Assembly (NCBI GenBank): GCA_043228905.1
Contig: JBHGNT010000017.1
Span: 10,788,001 to 10,852,000 of the forward strand
Origin: Azolla caroliniana
Lineage: Eukaryota; Plantae; Polypodiophyta
Length of the DNA: 64,000 nucleotides
Reading direction: 5' to 3'
Shown: piece by piece, positions 22,076-34,784 of the stretch
Numbering within the stretch: the stretch's first letter is position 1
Layout: each line of letters starts with the position of its first letter
The notes under the pieces: model-generated
What the model was told of the DNA's origin: nothing
The model's database searches: none
Seen by the model: the letters and a program-made list of their open reading frames with translations, nothing else
Translations under genes and position numbers: made by a program

Positions 22076-22445
22076 TGTTGTATGTATGGCTGGACTAGCC
22101 GCAACACAGGTGTCTATCCGACACTTCTCCAAAGGGGTGGTAGGGATAGGATGTTAATACACGCGTATGATAATTACACTTAAGCACAGACGAAGACAAG
22201 ATCAATAAGCATAAGCAAAACTATATTAATTCTTCGTAACTTCATTACAAAACATCGGATCCTTTTATAGGCATCCGGCCAGATTACAATCGGTGCTCTT
22301 AGGCAACCGTTAACCGAAACTGAATCGGTTCGGATCCGGATCGGTTACAACTACCGGATCCGTCCCTCCTAATAATTCTATTCCTATTTCTATATTTATC
22401 CGATCCGACCTTGCTTTCCCATTTGCCTTCTCTGACCGGTCAACA
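22076..22445 (-). repeat. 5' LTR of the gypsy element
   Basis: Direct repeat of 13952-14321. Confidence 0.97.
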
Positions 22446-24521
22446 ACACCGATAGCAAGATGATGTACATGGAGGGAGATAGGCCCCGTGGTCGTGGTGG
22501 ACGAGGTGAGTCGGTGTACAATGGAGGCGGCCAAAGGAAGAAGACACCGAAGTGATGCCCACAACAATTTCGGACCCTCTGGAAACAGGGGGAGTCAAGG
22601 CAATGAGAACCGGCAAGTGAAACCCGTCGCAGATTGTTGGTATTATGGGAAGAAAGGCCACAAGGAGAGTGAGTGTTGGAAGAAGCGCGCCGATTCAGAG
22701 AAAACCGGATCAGGATCCGAACAAACCGACAAAGGAAATCGGCAGCGATCACACTACGCCAAAGGATCCGAAAATGTTGGAAAGGGGGCAACCTTTGTGA
22801 CGAGACACGAGGCGAACTCGATGAAGAAGACCACCCCGAAATCGGACAAGGTGTGGTACGTTGACTCCGGCGCGTCAAACCACATGACGAGCCATATAGA
22901 GTGGTTCTCATACCTTGAGAAACCGATGCAATAGAAGACTACACTTCGCATCCGATCGAGAATGTCGTTGAAGTTCCCCTGAGCCATGTCAAGCAAAAAG
23001 GGAAACTCATGAACGTGTTACACGTCCTGACAATCACGAAGAATCTGGGGATGCAAGTTTGGTTCACGCATCTCGGGTGCTTCATCGAGGAGGAAGGCCA
23101 AGTTATTGCGTAAGGGCACAAAGATGGGAGGATATTTATCCTCGACACCAATGACGTTGGCATCGCAATGTTCGCAAAAGGACAAAAAGTCGAGTCGGAT
23201 ATCGACTTGTGGCACAAGCAGATAGGCCACATCAATTATCAAAGGCTTCAGGACTTGCAATCTAAACAAGTTGTGTTCAGATTGCCCAAATTCGGTGGCC
23301 GGAAGGCCCCAATTTGTGAAGCCTGCCAGCTAGGGAAGCAACACCAACTTCCTTTCCCCAACAAGCGTAATTGAAGCCGGAACAAGCTCGACTTGATACA
23401 CTCGGATGTATGGGGGGCGACACAGAACGTTATTCTTGGCGGAAGTCAATATTTTGTCTCCTTCATCGACGACTACACGCAGCACACATGGACCTATCTC
23501 ATTGAAAAGAAGAGTGAAGTCTTCGACTATTTCCGGGACCTCAAAAGCTTCATAGAAAGGGAAACAGGGAGAAAGATCAAGTGTCTGCGGTCGGATGGCA
23601 GAAAAGAGTACTTTTCCGCCTAATTCAACGTTTATCTGCAACAAATGGGAATTTAGCGCGAATTCAGTTACAGGTATACACCGAAGCAAAAAGGAAAAAT
23701 CGGTCGGTTGTGGAAGTAGCGCGGGCAATGCTCGAAGAAAAGAGCTTGCTCAAGTTCTATTGGGCCAAAGTGGTACGAACCACGGTCTACATCCAGAATT
23801 GGACCAGAGACAAAGTGTCAGTGCATGAGCTGTATTTCGGAAGGAAGCTGAATCTACTACACTTGAGAGTTTGTGGTAGCATTACGTATGTGCATGTGCT
23901 GAAGGAGAAACGGAGGAAGTTGGACACGAAATCCAAGAAGTGTATCTTGGTCGACTATTCGGACGAACAGAAGGGTTATAAGTGTTATAACCCCCGAACC
24001 AAACAAGCTCGCGTGAGCCGCAATGTTGTGTTTGAAGAGTCCGCATCCTGGTACTTGCCTCCGACTCCGGACCTCAACTTCAACTCCGAACCTCCGGACC
24101 CGAGTTTTGACAATGAGGTCAGCGAGGCTGAAATGCCTCTAGATGACCGCGAAATCGAGACCCTCAATGAGAGTCCGATTTCATTTCAGCTAAGTGGACC
24201 GAATGAGCAACTAGGTCAGTTTGACCAGTCCGAAGACGAACCGACGAGTAGTGGAGACTTGGTCGAGGAAGCCGAGGAGACAGTTTACGCACAAGGAAAA
24301 AGGGAAGAAGAAGATGCCGGAGTATGACAAGGACAAGGGTGAGTCAGATTGACGCGAATCCGACTCTGAGGAGAGCGATGACGGGCCTTCGAGAGTGAAG
24401 TCCACGTCAGCCAAGAAAGCCCCAACATCGGCTAATGAGAAATTATGTCGATCTACTCGCCAGATGAACCTTGTTGTGTGGTTCATATACAACGAAGCAC
24501 ATGGTGCATCACTATGCATAC

Positions 24522-24753
24522 ATTACGTGTGCGTGGAGGCCGTTACATCAAAACATATCAAATTAATTCTCTGTCCCTTCGGACAGAGATACGCGTCGAT
24601 TTCCTAGCTAATAAATATGTCATACCTAGTATATTTACATGAGTCGTCCTATTCCTAGTTATGTACAATGTATCAATTCGCGCACACTCGTGCAAGGGCA
24701 GGTTCACGCCTTAAATTTCTTGATTCCTCTGAGGGCCGGTTTTCTTCACGACA
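24522..24753 (-). mobile_element. LTR fragment of the TGTCG..CGACA family
   Basis: Its reverse complement aligns with the start of 25130-25757 (tgtcgt..aaaa..ccc, aatcga.gcgtatc.ctgtcc). It is flanked by ACGT. Confidence 0.7.
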
Positions 24754-25129
24754 ACGTTGGCTATCGCGACAAGTGAGTAGGAATTGCTACTCATAAGTGA
24801 GCAAAATGAACTAAACCTTATCGACATGGTTAGTCGATTTGGGTACATCATTCCACCTAACCCCTGATAGAAAGTACTTCCCATCCTACAAGGCGGGAGA
24901 GCACGACCTTGTAAGGATGGGAAATGAAGGTGAATGCCGAATTGTGAGCATTGGAGATGTGTGCGTTGTAACGTCGATTGGGTGTCAACTAGTACTGAAA
25001 GATGTCTGACACGTTCCAGAGGTTCGACTGAACTTGATATCAGTCGGACGGCTAGATGACGAAGGTTGCACGAATAGCATATGGAATGGATTCATGAAGT
25101 TCAGCAAAGGGAGCTTAATTGTGGCCCGA

Positions 25130-25484
25130 TGTCGTAGAGAAAATCGTCCCTAGGCAGAAACCGGGTATAACGTGCGTAAACTGGCCCTTACACGTGGGCA
25201 CAAGTTTTGTTGTATATTGCGTAGATAGGTACAAGTCGGCTGAGGTGAAATCCTAGGTAGCACGCATTCATTGGGGAGAAAATCGAGGCGTATCCCTGTC
25301 CTTTCGGACAGGGAATAAACATGATGTAACGGGAATAAGGTTATCGCGTTTTGTGGAGGACGAAGTGCTGCCGGACTGGAACCAAGCTCTTCTCCTCTGT
25401 CGTCTCTATAGTCGTTCTGTGCAGGTTTTCGGGAGGCTGACTTTGCTCCACGGAACGCCCGAGTGCTTCCGGTAGAGTCTCCAT

Positions 25485-25521
<37 letters not shown>

Positions 25522-25757
25522 GCGTCGGAGCCTATCACTCGTCGACTTGCCGGTTGCAACTCCTTGATTTATATATAGATATACATTCGTTCTGTCTCCA
25601 TCGTTCAGAGTTAGTTGCAACTCCTGTGAATCTGTGTGTTTGTGCGCGTGTGAAGTACATCGGTAGTTTCCTTCCCCTCTTCTCATTCGGTTATTTCTCG
25701 GTCCAAGGCCCCCGTGGTCCCGCCTCGTTCTCCACGCATGCGCGTAACAACGCGACA
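25130..25757 (+). mobile_element. Solo LTR (TGTCG..CGACA family), 4-bp TSD CCGA
   Basis: ccga|TGTCGT...CGCGACA|ccga, with a (TG)n run inside. Confidence 0.88.
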
Positions 25758-25898
25758 CCGAGCCTGGAGGACGAGCATATTGTACTTAATGCACGCACGG
25801 ATATGTCGGTCAGAAGTGAATGTGGCAACCAACGCTGATAGTGTCGACACATTGTGTCACATGAGTGAGAGGGAATGCAAAGACTTGACGATTAGAAC

Positions 25899-26049
25899 TA
25901 GGGATTGGCAACGGTTTGATTAGAACTAAACCCTGATCCAGGCCAAACCAGCTAAGCCTAAACCGTTTTGGGGATCTCAAACCTGAACCGAACCGGTTCA
26001 CAAACCGGTTTAGGCTGGCCTAAACGGGTTTGGTAAACGGCTTGGAAAC

Positions 26050-26110
<61 letters not shown>

Positions 26111-26322
26111 CTTGTCTGTTGTCTCACTCCCTCTCTCTCTTTCTCTGTCTCCCCCTCTCTCTCTCTCAAGTTTCTAAACGACTTATCCGGCTTAGCCAGC
26201 TTGAGCCGAGCTGAAACCGTTAAGGCAAGTTCAAGCCTAAACCGAGCCTCTAAGTTGCTAAGCCGCTTTAAGCCGACTAAGCCAAACGGTTTAGGCTTGA
26301 GCCGAGCCGTTGTTGATCCCTA
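25899..26322. mobile_element. hAT-type MITE
   Basis: TIRs TAGGGATTGGCAACGG and CCGTTGTTGATCCCTA; 8-bp TSD attagaac/attaaaac; AAACCG-type subterminal repeats; central (CT)n. Confidence 0.88.
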
Positions 26323-29300
26323 ATTAAAACCTCATTCCGAAGGTGAAGATCGTGCAACTCGAGAAGTGCACCGATTTCTTGGCTGACAAACAGAACAAGA
26401 CCTCTTTCCAAACCCGAACCCCGATTAGGAAGATGTTGAGCGGACAAGCTCAACATGATCTGGATTGGTTGAATAAGCCAAGAGCTAGATCGGTGTCCAG
26501 ATCGGTGAGCCAGATCTAGGAGCCGGATCGGAGAGCCAGACCCATATGCAAACAAGTAGGTCGTTAGTGGCCTACACTCCTACTCTATTAGTTAGTTATG
26601 GTTCTAGGAGTTAGTGTCATAGCTCAATACAAGCATTGAAGTGCTTGTTAGTACTTATGTTAGTCTTTTTAAGGACTTGTATAAAAAGTGCTTTAAAGCA
26701 CATTTGTATGTATAGAGTTCATAGAGTATTTTTTGAAATAGAGTTACTGTTCTACTCTCTTTGTCTCTCCCGCGTACTCTCTGTGTATTCTCAAGCTTTC
26801 TATTAGACCTTCATTCTGTTTTCTGTTGATATTTGGCAGAACCGGTTGTGTCAACAAGCTTTTGCACACTATTCTTTTCATGGTATCAGAGCACGAGGGT
26901 TAAAACATCCTCTGTTGCTAACAAGAGTTGTAACACAGACGAACCCTAATACTTGGTAAGAAAAGATAGAAGAAGAAATGGATAGAAGTGTGGCAAGCTC
27001 ACTTCCGATGGAGAAGCTCAATAGGAGTAGCTATGCATCTTGGTCCTACAAGATGCACCAGTACCTGTTGGGGCATGACTACTAGAGTTTTGTCGAAGGA
27101 GCAAACGAGGTAGCACAAGAGCTGACACACAAGGACTTCCCAGCATGAGAACAAGGAGCGAGCATAGTTTTTACTACCTCATGTCCTGTGTGCACGACCA
27201 AATGCTCGACTACATTTGAAACCAAACCCGAAAACATCGAATGAAGTTGGGAGAATCTCAGAAAGATTTTCAGTGCCAACACCACGGCCCGGATGTTGCA
27301 GCTCCTGCAAGAGCTCGACAATGTCTAACAAAGGGACATGTCATCCACCGACTACACCACGAATATAAAGGAGATCTGTGATGCACTAAGTTCCATCAAC
27401 GTGACGGTGGATGAAGATGAAATTGTGCATATCTGCCTCAGTGGTCTAGCGTAGAGGTATGGACCAATTCGGATGGCAATATGCACCCAAGAGAAGCCAT
27501 TGTCCTTCTTCGACTTGTGATTGATGCTGATTGTCTAAGAAAACCACACTAGTGGGTCGAGGAACACTCATTCAGACAACCAGATGCTAAACATGAAAGC
27601 GGATCGGCCCCGTGGGCGTGGAGGAAGAGTTGAATTGGCACGCAATGCAAGCGTCCAACAAGAGAAGGAAAGAAGGCATAGAGGAAGTGCCGACAGTAGT
27701 TCCGAACCCTCCACAACCAGGAGGAGTCAAGGCGGCACCAGAAACCAACAATCAAAGGCTGAAACGGAATGCTAATACCGTGCCAAGAAAGGCCACTGAG
27801 AGAGCGAGTGTTGGCAGAAGCGTGCTGATTGGGAAAAATCTGGATCCGACAAGTCTGGACAAGGGAGTCGACACAACTCGTACTACGTTGAAAGATCTTA
27901 AGGATCCGGAACCCGAAAGACTGAAAACGGGCCAGCTTTTGTGATAAAGCACAAGGTGAACTCGATGAAGAAGATCCCCTCACAATCAGATGAAGCGCAG
28001 TACGTTGGCTCCGGAGCATCAAATCATATGATGAGCCATGACGAATGGTTCTTATACTTAGAGAAACCGGCGCAACCGGGAATGATCCAAACCAGAGATG
28101 ACACTCTGCACCGTATCAAACATGTCGGAGAAGTTCTCCTCAGCCAGGTCGAACAAAAGGGAAAACTTATGAACATGTTGCATGTTGTCGCGAGGATGTG
28201 TGTGTATGTGTGGTTAGCTTGAACGTGACCACAAGGATCTCGGACCAGGGAGGACGTCCGTCAAGTTATTGAGAAGAGGAAGATATGAAAGTAAGGTTTG
28301 AGCAAACAATGCTACACTTCAGAAGATTGGAAATTTGTACACTCGAGAAAAAGATAAACATAAAGAATAATAAGAAGAATGTTGAGAGATAAGCTCAACA
28401 TTGGGAGCGTAAACGGGTGCGTAACCTAGTGCGTAGATTGGGTACGTAAAAACGTGCACAAAATATGGTCGTAGTGGTATATAAACCAAGAAGCCATTAG
28501 AATGTTATTCCTCATAAGGAATAATTTTGGGAGTACATGTAGGATGCTCATTTATGAGCAGACAGGTACTATATGTACTTGTGTCAGCCTGATAGTCAGG
28601 GCTTGTATAAAAGGTACTCACTGAGCACCAAGCATGTACAGAGAACATACAGAGAATTATTTTGAATATAGTTTTGTATTTTCTGTGCTCTCTCGCGCTT
28701 TGTCTCTCCCTCTTTCTTTGTGATTTCTGTGTTTTACCAAACTGTTGTACTTCTGAATCGTGTACTTTGTGCTCTACGCATACGCTTCCGCACACATATT
28801 CTTAACATGGTATCAGAGCGCGAGGGTTGAGACTCCTCTGCAGCCGACAGAAAAGCCTGTGATAAAGACAGAGTTAAGTTGTTATTTTTGGAAAGGATAA
28901 AACAATATGGACAAAGGAATTGGAAGCTCGCTACCGACTGAGAAGCTCGACAGGAGCAACTATGCATCTTGGTCGTAGAAGATGCACCAATATCTGTTGG
29001 TCATGGTTACTGGAGTTATGTCAAAGGAGCTAATGATGTAGCACTGGAATCAACACACAGAGATTTTTCGGCTTGGGAACAAGCGGCTACAAGTCAGACA
29101 GGAGCTCAGCAATGTTTGGCAGAAAGATTTGTTTATGGCCAATTACAAGGCCCGAATCAAGGAGATCTGTGACTCTCTCCCCTTCGTCAACGTGAACGTC
29201 GAGGAGGATGAAATGGTGTAGGTTTGTCTTGGTGGGTTAGCGTCAATGTTCGGAGTGTTCCGGACGGTAGTCTACATAAGGGAGATTACGTCTTTGTTCT

Positions 29301-29601
29301 TCGTGCTTCAGTCGATGTTGCTCGTGGAGGAAAATCACGCTGGTACGTCAACGAGTATGCACACCGACAACAAGATGTTATACACGTAGGAAGATAGGCC
29401 CCATGGTCATGGCGTGTCGAATACAAGTGTATAATGGACGTATTCACACTATCCCTTTCTATAGATCAAGTTTGGGCCATTTGTGTAATTAGCATAAATG
29501 GTAGTTGCCCTAAGTCGATCACTATATATAGTGACCTTGTAACCTTTTTGTAAGGTTGGGTTGTATTATTGTTTCTATTGAATAGAAAGAGTATTTTGTG
29601 C

Positions 29602-29642
<41 letters not shown>

Positions 29643-30424
29643 ACGATCTCAGAAACTGTCATACGCAGGTACTCAACCAGAATCGAATGCTACTTGATCT
29701 TCCGCATTGACGGCCTTGTCTACAACATTTGGTATCAGAGCCTGCACAGTATTCGGTCCTTCAACCCGCTATCGGCCGTCGTCTCAGCCTGCACAGCATT
29801 CGGTTTCTTGCGTCATTCGAAGAAGAGAGAAGAAGAAGAAAAACGAGGCTTGCATCTCATCGCGTTAGATCATCTTCGCCTAGAGTAAGCCAGCCGGTTG
29901 TACTCTGTTCCTTGTGATCGTAACCGCTCGAGGTGAAATCCCCTTGTGCAACATTGACACGATCGTGCTCCACTCGGTTAAACGGCATCCGAAGAGGTCA
30001 TCAAACGCTGCTCGCCACTCATTGTAACCACTCGGTGCAGATCGGTCTCAAGACAACAACCCAAATTCGTGCTTCATCCGGCTGATCGACATTCGGGAGG
30101 ATCAGTTGGATCCGTCTCTCTCGTCGCTGCAGTCACCCGAAGCAGAATCGGTCCAGACAATCGGTTTCAATAATCGGTATTTGGCATATATATTCGGAAG
30201 CGAACCGGGCTCACTCCGACTCGGCAACATTCGGGAAGACCAGTCGGTTCTGTCCCTCAAGTCACCGGAGTCAATTCGAGCAAGTTCAACAATACATATA
30301 TCCGAAGCCGAACCGACTCGGGTTCAAATCCGACTAGAACGATATCGGGTGAGCCAACCAGCTGCACTCCAACAAGGTTCGTAGTCAACTCCGAACCGAG
30401 CTTCGTCAACCGAAACCAAATTTG

Positions 30425-31164
30425 ATGGCATCAACATCCGGCTCGTCAGAAATGAGTCTACGAAAGTTCGATGGATCGAACTTCAACTTCTGGAAGGAGC
30501 AAACGCGCCACGATTCGGATGCACCTATCGGAATCGGTATACTTTACGGTGCAATCGTGTACGACAGCATTCGAACTGTGGAAAACACTGTCGGACACCT
30601 ACGAAAAGAAGGTCGCTGCGACGAAGATGTTTCTGATCCGGCGCCTCTACAACTTGCGGATGAAAGAATCAGATTCGGTTCAAGCACATCTCAATGAGTA
30701 CGAAAGCATAAGCTCCCAAATCTCATCTCAGGGGACGGCAATCGAGGATGAACTCAGAGCAATGATACTCATGAGCAGCCTTCCCTCATCATGGGAAACT
30801 TTCGTCACAACCGTGTGCAACGCACGCGTCAACCACGGCTGTTAAATACTCCGAAGTCACGAGCGCAATCCTGACCGAAGCAGCTCGGAGAAAGTCTTTC
30901 GCCAAAGACTCAACAGACGACGCTTATGTAGTACAAGGTTCGACAGAACGATCGAACATACGAGGAAGAGATTCCTCACGGCAGCCGAACAATCAGCGAA
31001 GACGGAGCCAGTCACGGGATAATCGAATCTGCAACTATTGCAAGAAACCCTGACACATCAAAGCCGACTGCCGCGCACTCAAGAACAAGAACGACAAGTC
31101 TCAGAAATCAGACAAGAAGAGTGGCCGGCATGAGGAGATCAATTACGTCAGCTTCTCAGCTGAT
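30425..31164 (+). pseudogene. Disrupted copia gag
   Basis: MASTSGSS..FDGSNFNFWKEQ jumps by deletion and frameshift to RATIRMHLSES. A second frameshift lies near 30825, and the knuckle contains TGA (CNYCKKP*HIKADC). Confidence 0.85.
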
Positions 31165-34100
31165 GTGCTACCAAACGACCCGAATATACTATCAATCGAA
31201 AATCCAGTCGGATCAGAAGTTCTGCTCACGACTGAAGAATCGAGCACATGGCTCTTAGATTCGGGCGCGTCATTTCACGTGACTCCTCATCGATCCCAAT
31301 TTCGGCAATATACGATCCGTCACTCCGACTCAGTTCGAGTCGGCAACTCGCAACACTGTGACATCATTGGAATCGGCACAGTAGAGCTCAACCTTACAGG
31401 TGGCTCTACACTTGTACTTCACAATGTCCGACATGTACCCGAGCTCTCAAGGCCATTGATCTCAGTCGGACAACTAGATGAAGACGGCATTCGTGCCGGT
31501 TTTTCTTCGGGAGGGTGGACACTCCACAGGGGGAACCTCCTGCTTGCTAGAGGACCCAAGATACACTCACTGTATCCGTTACATGTTACGCTCAGAGAGG
31601 GTAACCTATTTTTGGTGGATATTCCTGTGTCATCACTATGGCACAGAAGATTAGGACACCTCAGCAAGGCCGGCATTACGCACCTATCTAGAGCCGAATA
31701 CATCCCTAAACTCTCCTTCTCGGACCATCAATTCTGCGAACATTGCCAGTATGGCAAACAAGCAGCCACATCACACCCGACTTCAGCACCAAGAGAAACG
31801 AGACCTCTCGATTTAGTCCACTCGGACGTCTGTGGCCCAATGCCACATCAGTCTCTCGGCGGTGCCTCTTACTTCGTCGGTTTTATTGACGATTCGACTC
31901 GAAAGGTGTGGGCTTATCCAATTCGCACCAAAGATCGTGTTTTCTCGATCTTCTCCGATTGGCTCGCTATGGTAGAAAATCAAACTGACCGAAAACTGAA
32001 ATGCCTTCGGACCGACAATGGGGGAGAGTTCAAATCAGAAAAATTCGTCAAATTCTGCCGACAACGCGGCATCCGACGTGAATTTACGGCACCACACAGT
32101 CCGGAGCAAAACGGGATTGCAGAACGCATGAATCGGACAATCCAAGAACGGATAGTTTCCATGCTCCAACACTCCGGACTGTCGGATGGCTTCTGGGCAG
32201 AGGCTCTACTCACGGCAGTACACATAATCAATATGTCGCCAAGCAGACCTCTAGGACTTCAAATTCCTCAGGAACTATGGATCGGCAGTAAGCCAAATTA
32301 CGACAAGCTGAGGATCTTCGGATGCGAGGCGTACGCCCTTATTCCGAAAGATGATCGCCGAAAACTTGCACCTCGGTCCAGGAAATGCATTTTCCTTGGA
32401 TATGGATCAGACGGCGAAATGGGATACCGACTCTGGGACCCCGAACGCAGACAAATCGTTCGAAGTTCGGACGTTGTGTTCAACGAGTCGGCTATGAATC
32501 CATCCGTCGAAAAACCGATCGAAGTCCGAAGGGTAACATTTTCCGATGTGCCGACCCTTCAAGAAGGCCCCGCTCTTAACACACGGTCAGCTTCACGGGT
32601 AGCTGAACCTTACACCACCGACTCGGACAACTCTGACTCGGCACAGCAGAATAATTCGCTTTCGGACCATCCGACCTCGATACCCGATGCAACCAGTCCA
32701 ATTATACCTCGACGATCCGAGAGACTGTCGCAACCTCCGGAGAGGTATTCTCCTGGAATTTTCTTCACCGACGCCGGCGAACCGACGTCTTACGAAGAAG
32801 CATCGACATCTGTCGATTCAGCCACCTGGCATCTGGCGATGGAGTCGGAAATGCACTCCATTCGGGCAAACAAGACTTGGGATCTGGTCGAACTACCTAA
32901 GAATCGACGTGCTCTTCCTTGCAAGTGGGTTTATCGACTAAAAGAGACGTCTGATTCGACCACCCCAAAGTACAAGGCCAGATTAGTTGCGAAGGGCTTC
33001 CGACAAGAATATGGCGTCGACTTCGACGAGATTTTTTCACCAGTGGTGAAAATGACAACCCTTCGTTTTTTACTCGGCGTAGTGGCAGCCGACAACTTGG
33101 AGCTGATTCAGCTAGATGTCAAAACAGCCTTCCTCCATGGTGATCTTGAAGAGGAAATTTATATGGAGCAGCCAAAAGGCTTCGTGGCAACTGGCCAAGA
33201 ACATCTAGTCTGCCGACTCAGGAAGAGTCTATACGGCCTCAAACAGGCACCGCGACAATGGTACAAGAAGTTCGACGACTTCATCCAATCGATCGGCTTC
33301 TCCAAAAGCGATGAGGACCATTGTCTTTTTACCAACACAGCTCAAGATGGATCACCCATCTTCCTCATCATTTACGTGGACGACATGCTAATTTCTGGAC
33401 GCCACGCGGGCGAACTTGCCGATCTCATTCGGCAACTGCGGTTGAAGTTTGCCATGAAGGACCTCGGTCCGGCACGACACATACTTGGCATGAAGATTAG
33501 TCGGCATCGCGATAAACGACATCTTTTTTTGTCTCAGACCGACTATATCGGACGTGTCTTGGAACGCTTCAACATGCAATCAGCCAAATCTGCTTCAACC
33601 CCGCTCCCCATGAATCTTCGGCTCTCTCAGCGAGACTGCCCGACATCCGGACCGGAGGGGGAAGATATGAAGTCGGTACCGTATGCACCGGCAGTCGGCT
33701 CCCTTATGTACCTGATGGTCGCGACACGGCCTGATATCTCTCATGCCGTAGGAGTCGTTAGCAGATTTATGCACAATCCTGGCCGATCGCATTGGAACGC
33801 AGTCAAGCATGTGTTCAAATATCTGGCTGGCACAAAAGATCACGGCATTCTTTTCGGTCCGAACTCAACCTCAGGCGTAGTCGGTTACACCGACTCGGAC
33901 TTCGCCGGCTGTATAGACAGTCGGAAATCAACAACCGGATACTGCTTCAAATTCGGCAATGGAACAATTTCGTGGAAGTCGAAACTTCAGGAGTGCACAG
34001 CGACCTCAACGACCGAAGCAGAATATGTAGCTGCGTCCGACGCTGCAAAAGAAGCTTTGTGGCTCGGCCGGCTGGCGCACACGTTTCGGCAAGTCGACCA

Positions 34101-34356
34101 TGACTCGGCTCCAGTTGTCTATAGCGACAGTCAAGGTGCTGTTGCCTTGTCGAGAAATCCGGTTCACCACAACGCCTCCAAACATATCGACGTTCGATAT
34201 CACTTCGTTCGGGACTGCGTCATTTCAGGGAAAATCGGTCTAGAGAAAATATCCACAACCGACAATGTCGCAGATGGAATGACCAAGTGTCTTTCGGCAG
34301 ACCGCTTTCGGTCCCTTCGGCATCAGATGGGCGTAACGACAAACCAGTCCGGTTAG
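31165..34356 (+). CDS. copia Pol (protease, GAG-pre-integrase, integrase, RT, RNase H), open frame
   Basis: WLLDSGAS, LWHRRLGH, VHSDVCGP, RTDNGGEF, NGIAER, YVDDML, YTDSD, KHIDVRYHF. Confidence 0.95.
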   Translation: MLPNDPNILSIENPVGSEVLLTTEESSTWLLDSGASFHVTPHRSQFRQYTIRHSDSVRVGNSQHCDIIGIGTVELNLTGGSTLVLHNVRHVPELSRPLISVGQLDEDGIRAGFSSGGWTLHRGNLLLARGPKIHSLYPLHVTLREGNLFLVDIPVSSLWHRRLGHLSKAGITHLSRAEYIPKLSFSDHQFCEHCQYGKQAATSHPTSAPRETRPLDLVHSDVCGPMPHQSLGGASYFVGFIDDSTRKVWAYPIRTKDRVFSIFSDWLAMVENQTDRKLKCLRTDNGGEFKSEKFVKFCRQRGIRREFTAPHSPEQNGIAERMNRTIQERIVSMLQHSGLSDGFWAEALLTAVHIINMSPSRPLGLQIPQELWIGSKPNYDKLRIFGCEAYALIPKDDRRKLAPRSRKCIFLGYGSDGEMGYRLWDPERRQIVRSSDVVFNESAMNPSVEKPIEVRRVTFSDVPTLQEGPALNTRSASRVAEPYTTDSDNSDSAQQNNSLSDHPTSIPDATSPIIPRRSERLSQPPERYSPGIFFTDAGEPTSYEEASTSVDSATWHLAMESEMHSIRANKTWDLVELPKNRRALPCKWVYRLKETSDSTTPKYKARLVAKGFRQEYGVDFDEIFSPVVKMTTLRFLLGVVAADNLELIQLDVKTAFLHGDLEEEIYMEQPKGFVATGQEHLVCRLRKSLYGLKQAPRQWYKKFDDFIQSIGFSKSDEDHCLFTNTAQDGSPIFLIIYVDDMLISGRHAGELADLIRQLRLKFAMKDLGPARHILGMKISRHRDKRHLFLSQTDYIGRVLERFNMQSAKSASTPLPMNLRLSQRDCPTSGPEGEDMKSVPYAPAVGSLMYLMVATRPDISHAVGVVSRFMHNPGRSHWNAVKHVFKYLAGTKDHGILFGPNSTSGVVGYTDSDFAGCIDSRKSTTGYCFKFGNGTISWKSKLQECTATSTTEAEYVAASDAAKEALWLGRLAHTFRQVDHDSAPVVYSDSQGAVALSRNPVHHNASKHIDVRYHFVRDCVISGKIGLEKISTTDNVADGMTKCLSADRFRSLRHQMGVTTNQSG

Positions 34357-34736
34357 AGCCGGACACAGCGCAAGATGGTTTCAGACAACCGACATCAGTT
34401 CCCTAATGATCGGCTTCAACTCTTCCGACCCGACCAGTCCGGTCTTCTGCCTTCGGACCCTGCCGACTCGAACAAAACTGATATGTCCGAGAACCTAGGT
34501 TTATACCTGTAATCTTAGATAACCCATGTATACGCCCATTACGGGGGAGTGTCGAATACAAGTGTATAATGGACGTATTCACACTATCCCTTTCTATAGA
34601 TCAAGTTTGGGCCATTTGTGTAATTAGCATAAATGGTAGTTGCCCTAAGTCGGTCACTATATATAGTGACCTTGTAACCTTTTTGTAAGGTTGGGTTGTA
34701 TTATTGTTTCTATTGAATAGAAAGAGTATTTTGTGC

Positions 34737-34784
<48 letters not shown>

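Larger units (their letters stand above)
13952..22445 (-). mobile_element. Full-length young non-chromoviral (Athila-like) Ty3/gypsy element with an extra 3' ORF
   Basis: The 370-bp LTRs at 22076-22445 and 13952-14321 differ at one position seen (ccg/ctg). TSD is ACACC (13947-13951 and 22446-22450). A TATA box lies on the minus strand, and the order is gag-PR-RT-RH-INT-eORF. Confidence 0.97.
12911..24520 (+). mobile_element. Decayed Ty1/copia element (5' LTR 12911-13286, tRNA-iMet PBS 13287-13298), interrupted by a gypsy element and 3'-truncated
   Basis: TG..CA LTR plus TGGTATCAGAGC. Gag resumes across the ACACC TSD. CWYYGKKGH, WYVDSGASNHM and IHSDVWG integrase remnants follow. Confidence 0.9.
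24754..26433 (+). mobile_element. Decayed Tork-like copia protease/GAG-pre-integrase fragment hosting a solo LTR and a MITE
   Basis: Translates to ..VRMGNEGECRIVSIGDV..HVPEVRLNLISVGRLDDEG..KGSLIVAR and resumes after each insertion. Confidence 0.75.
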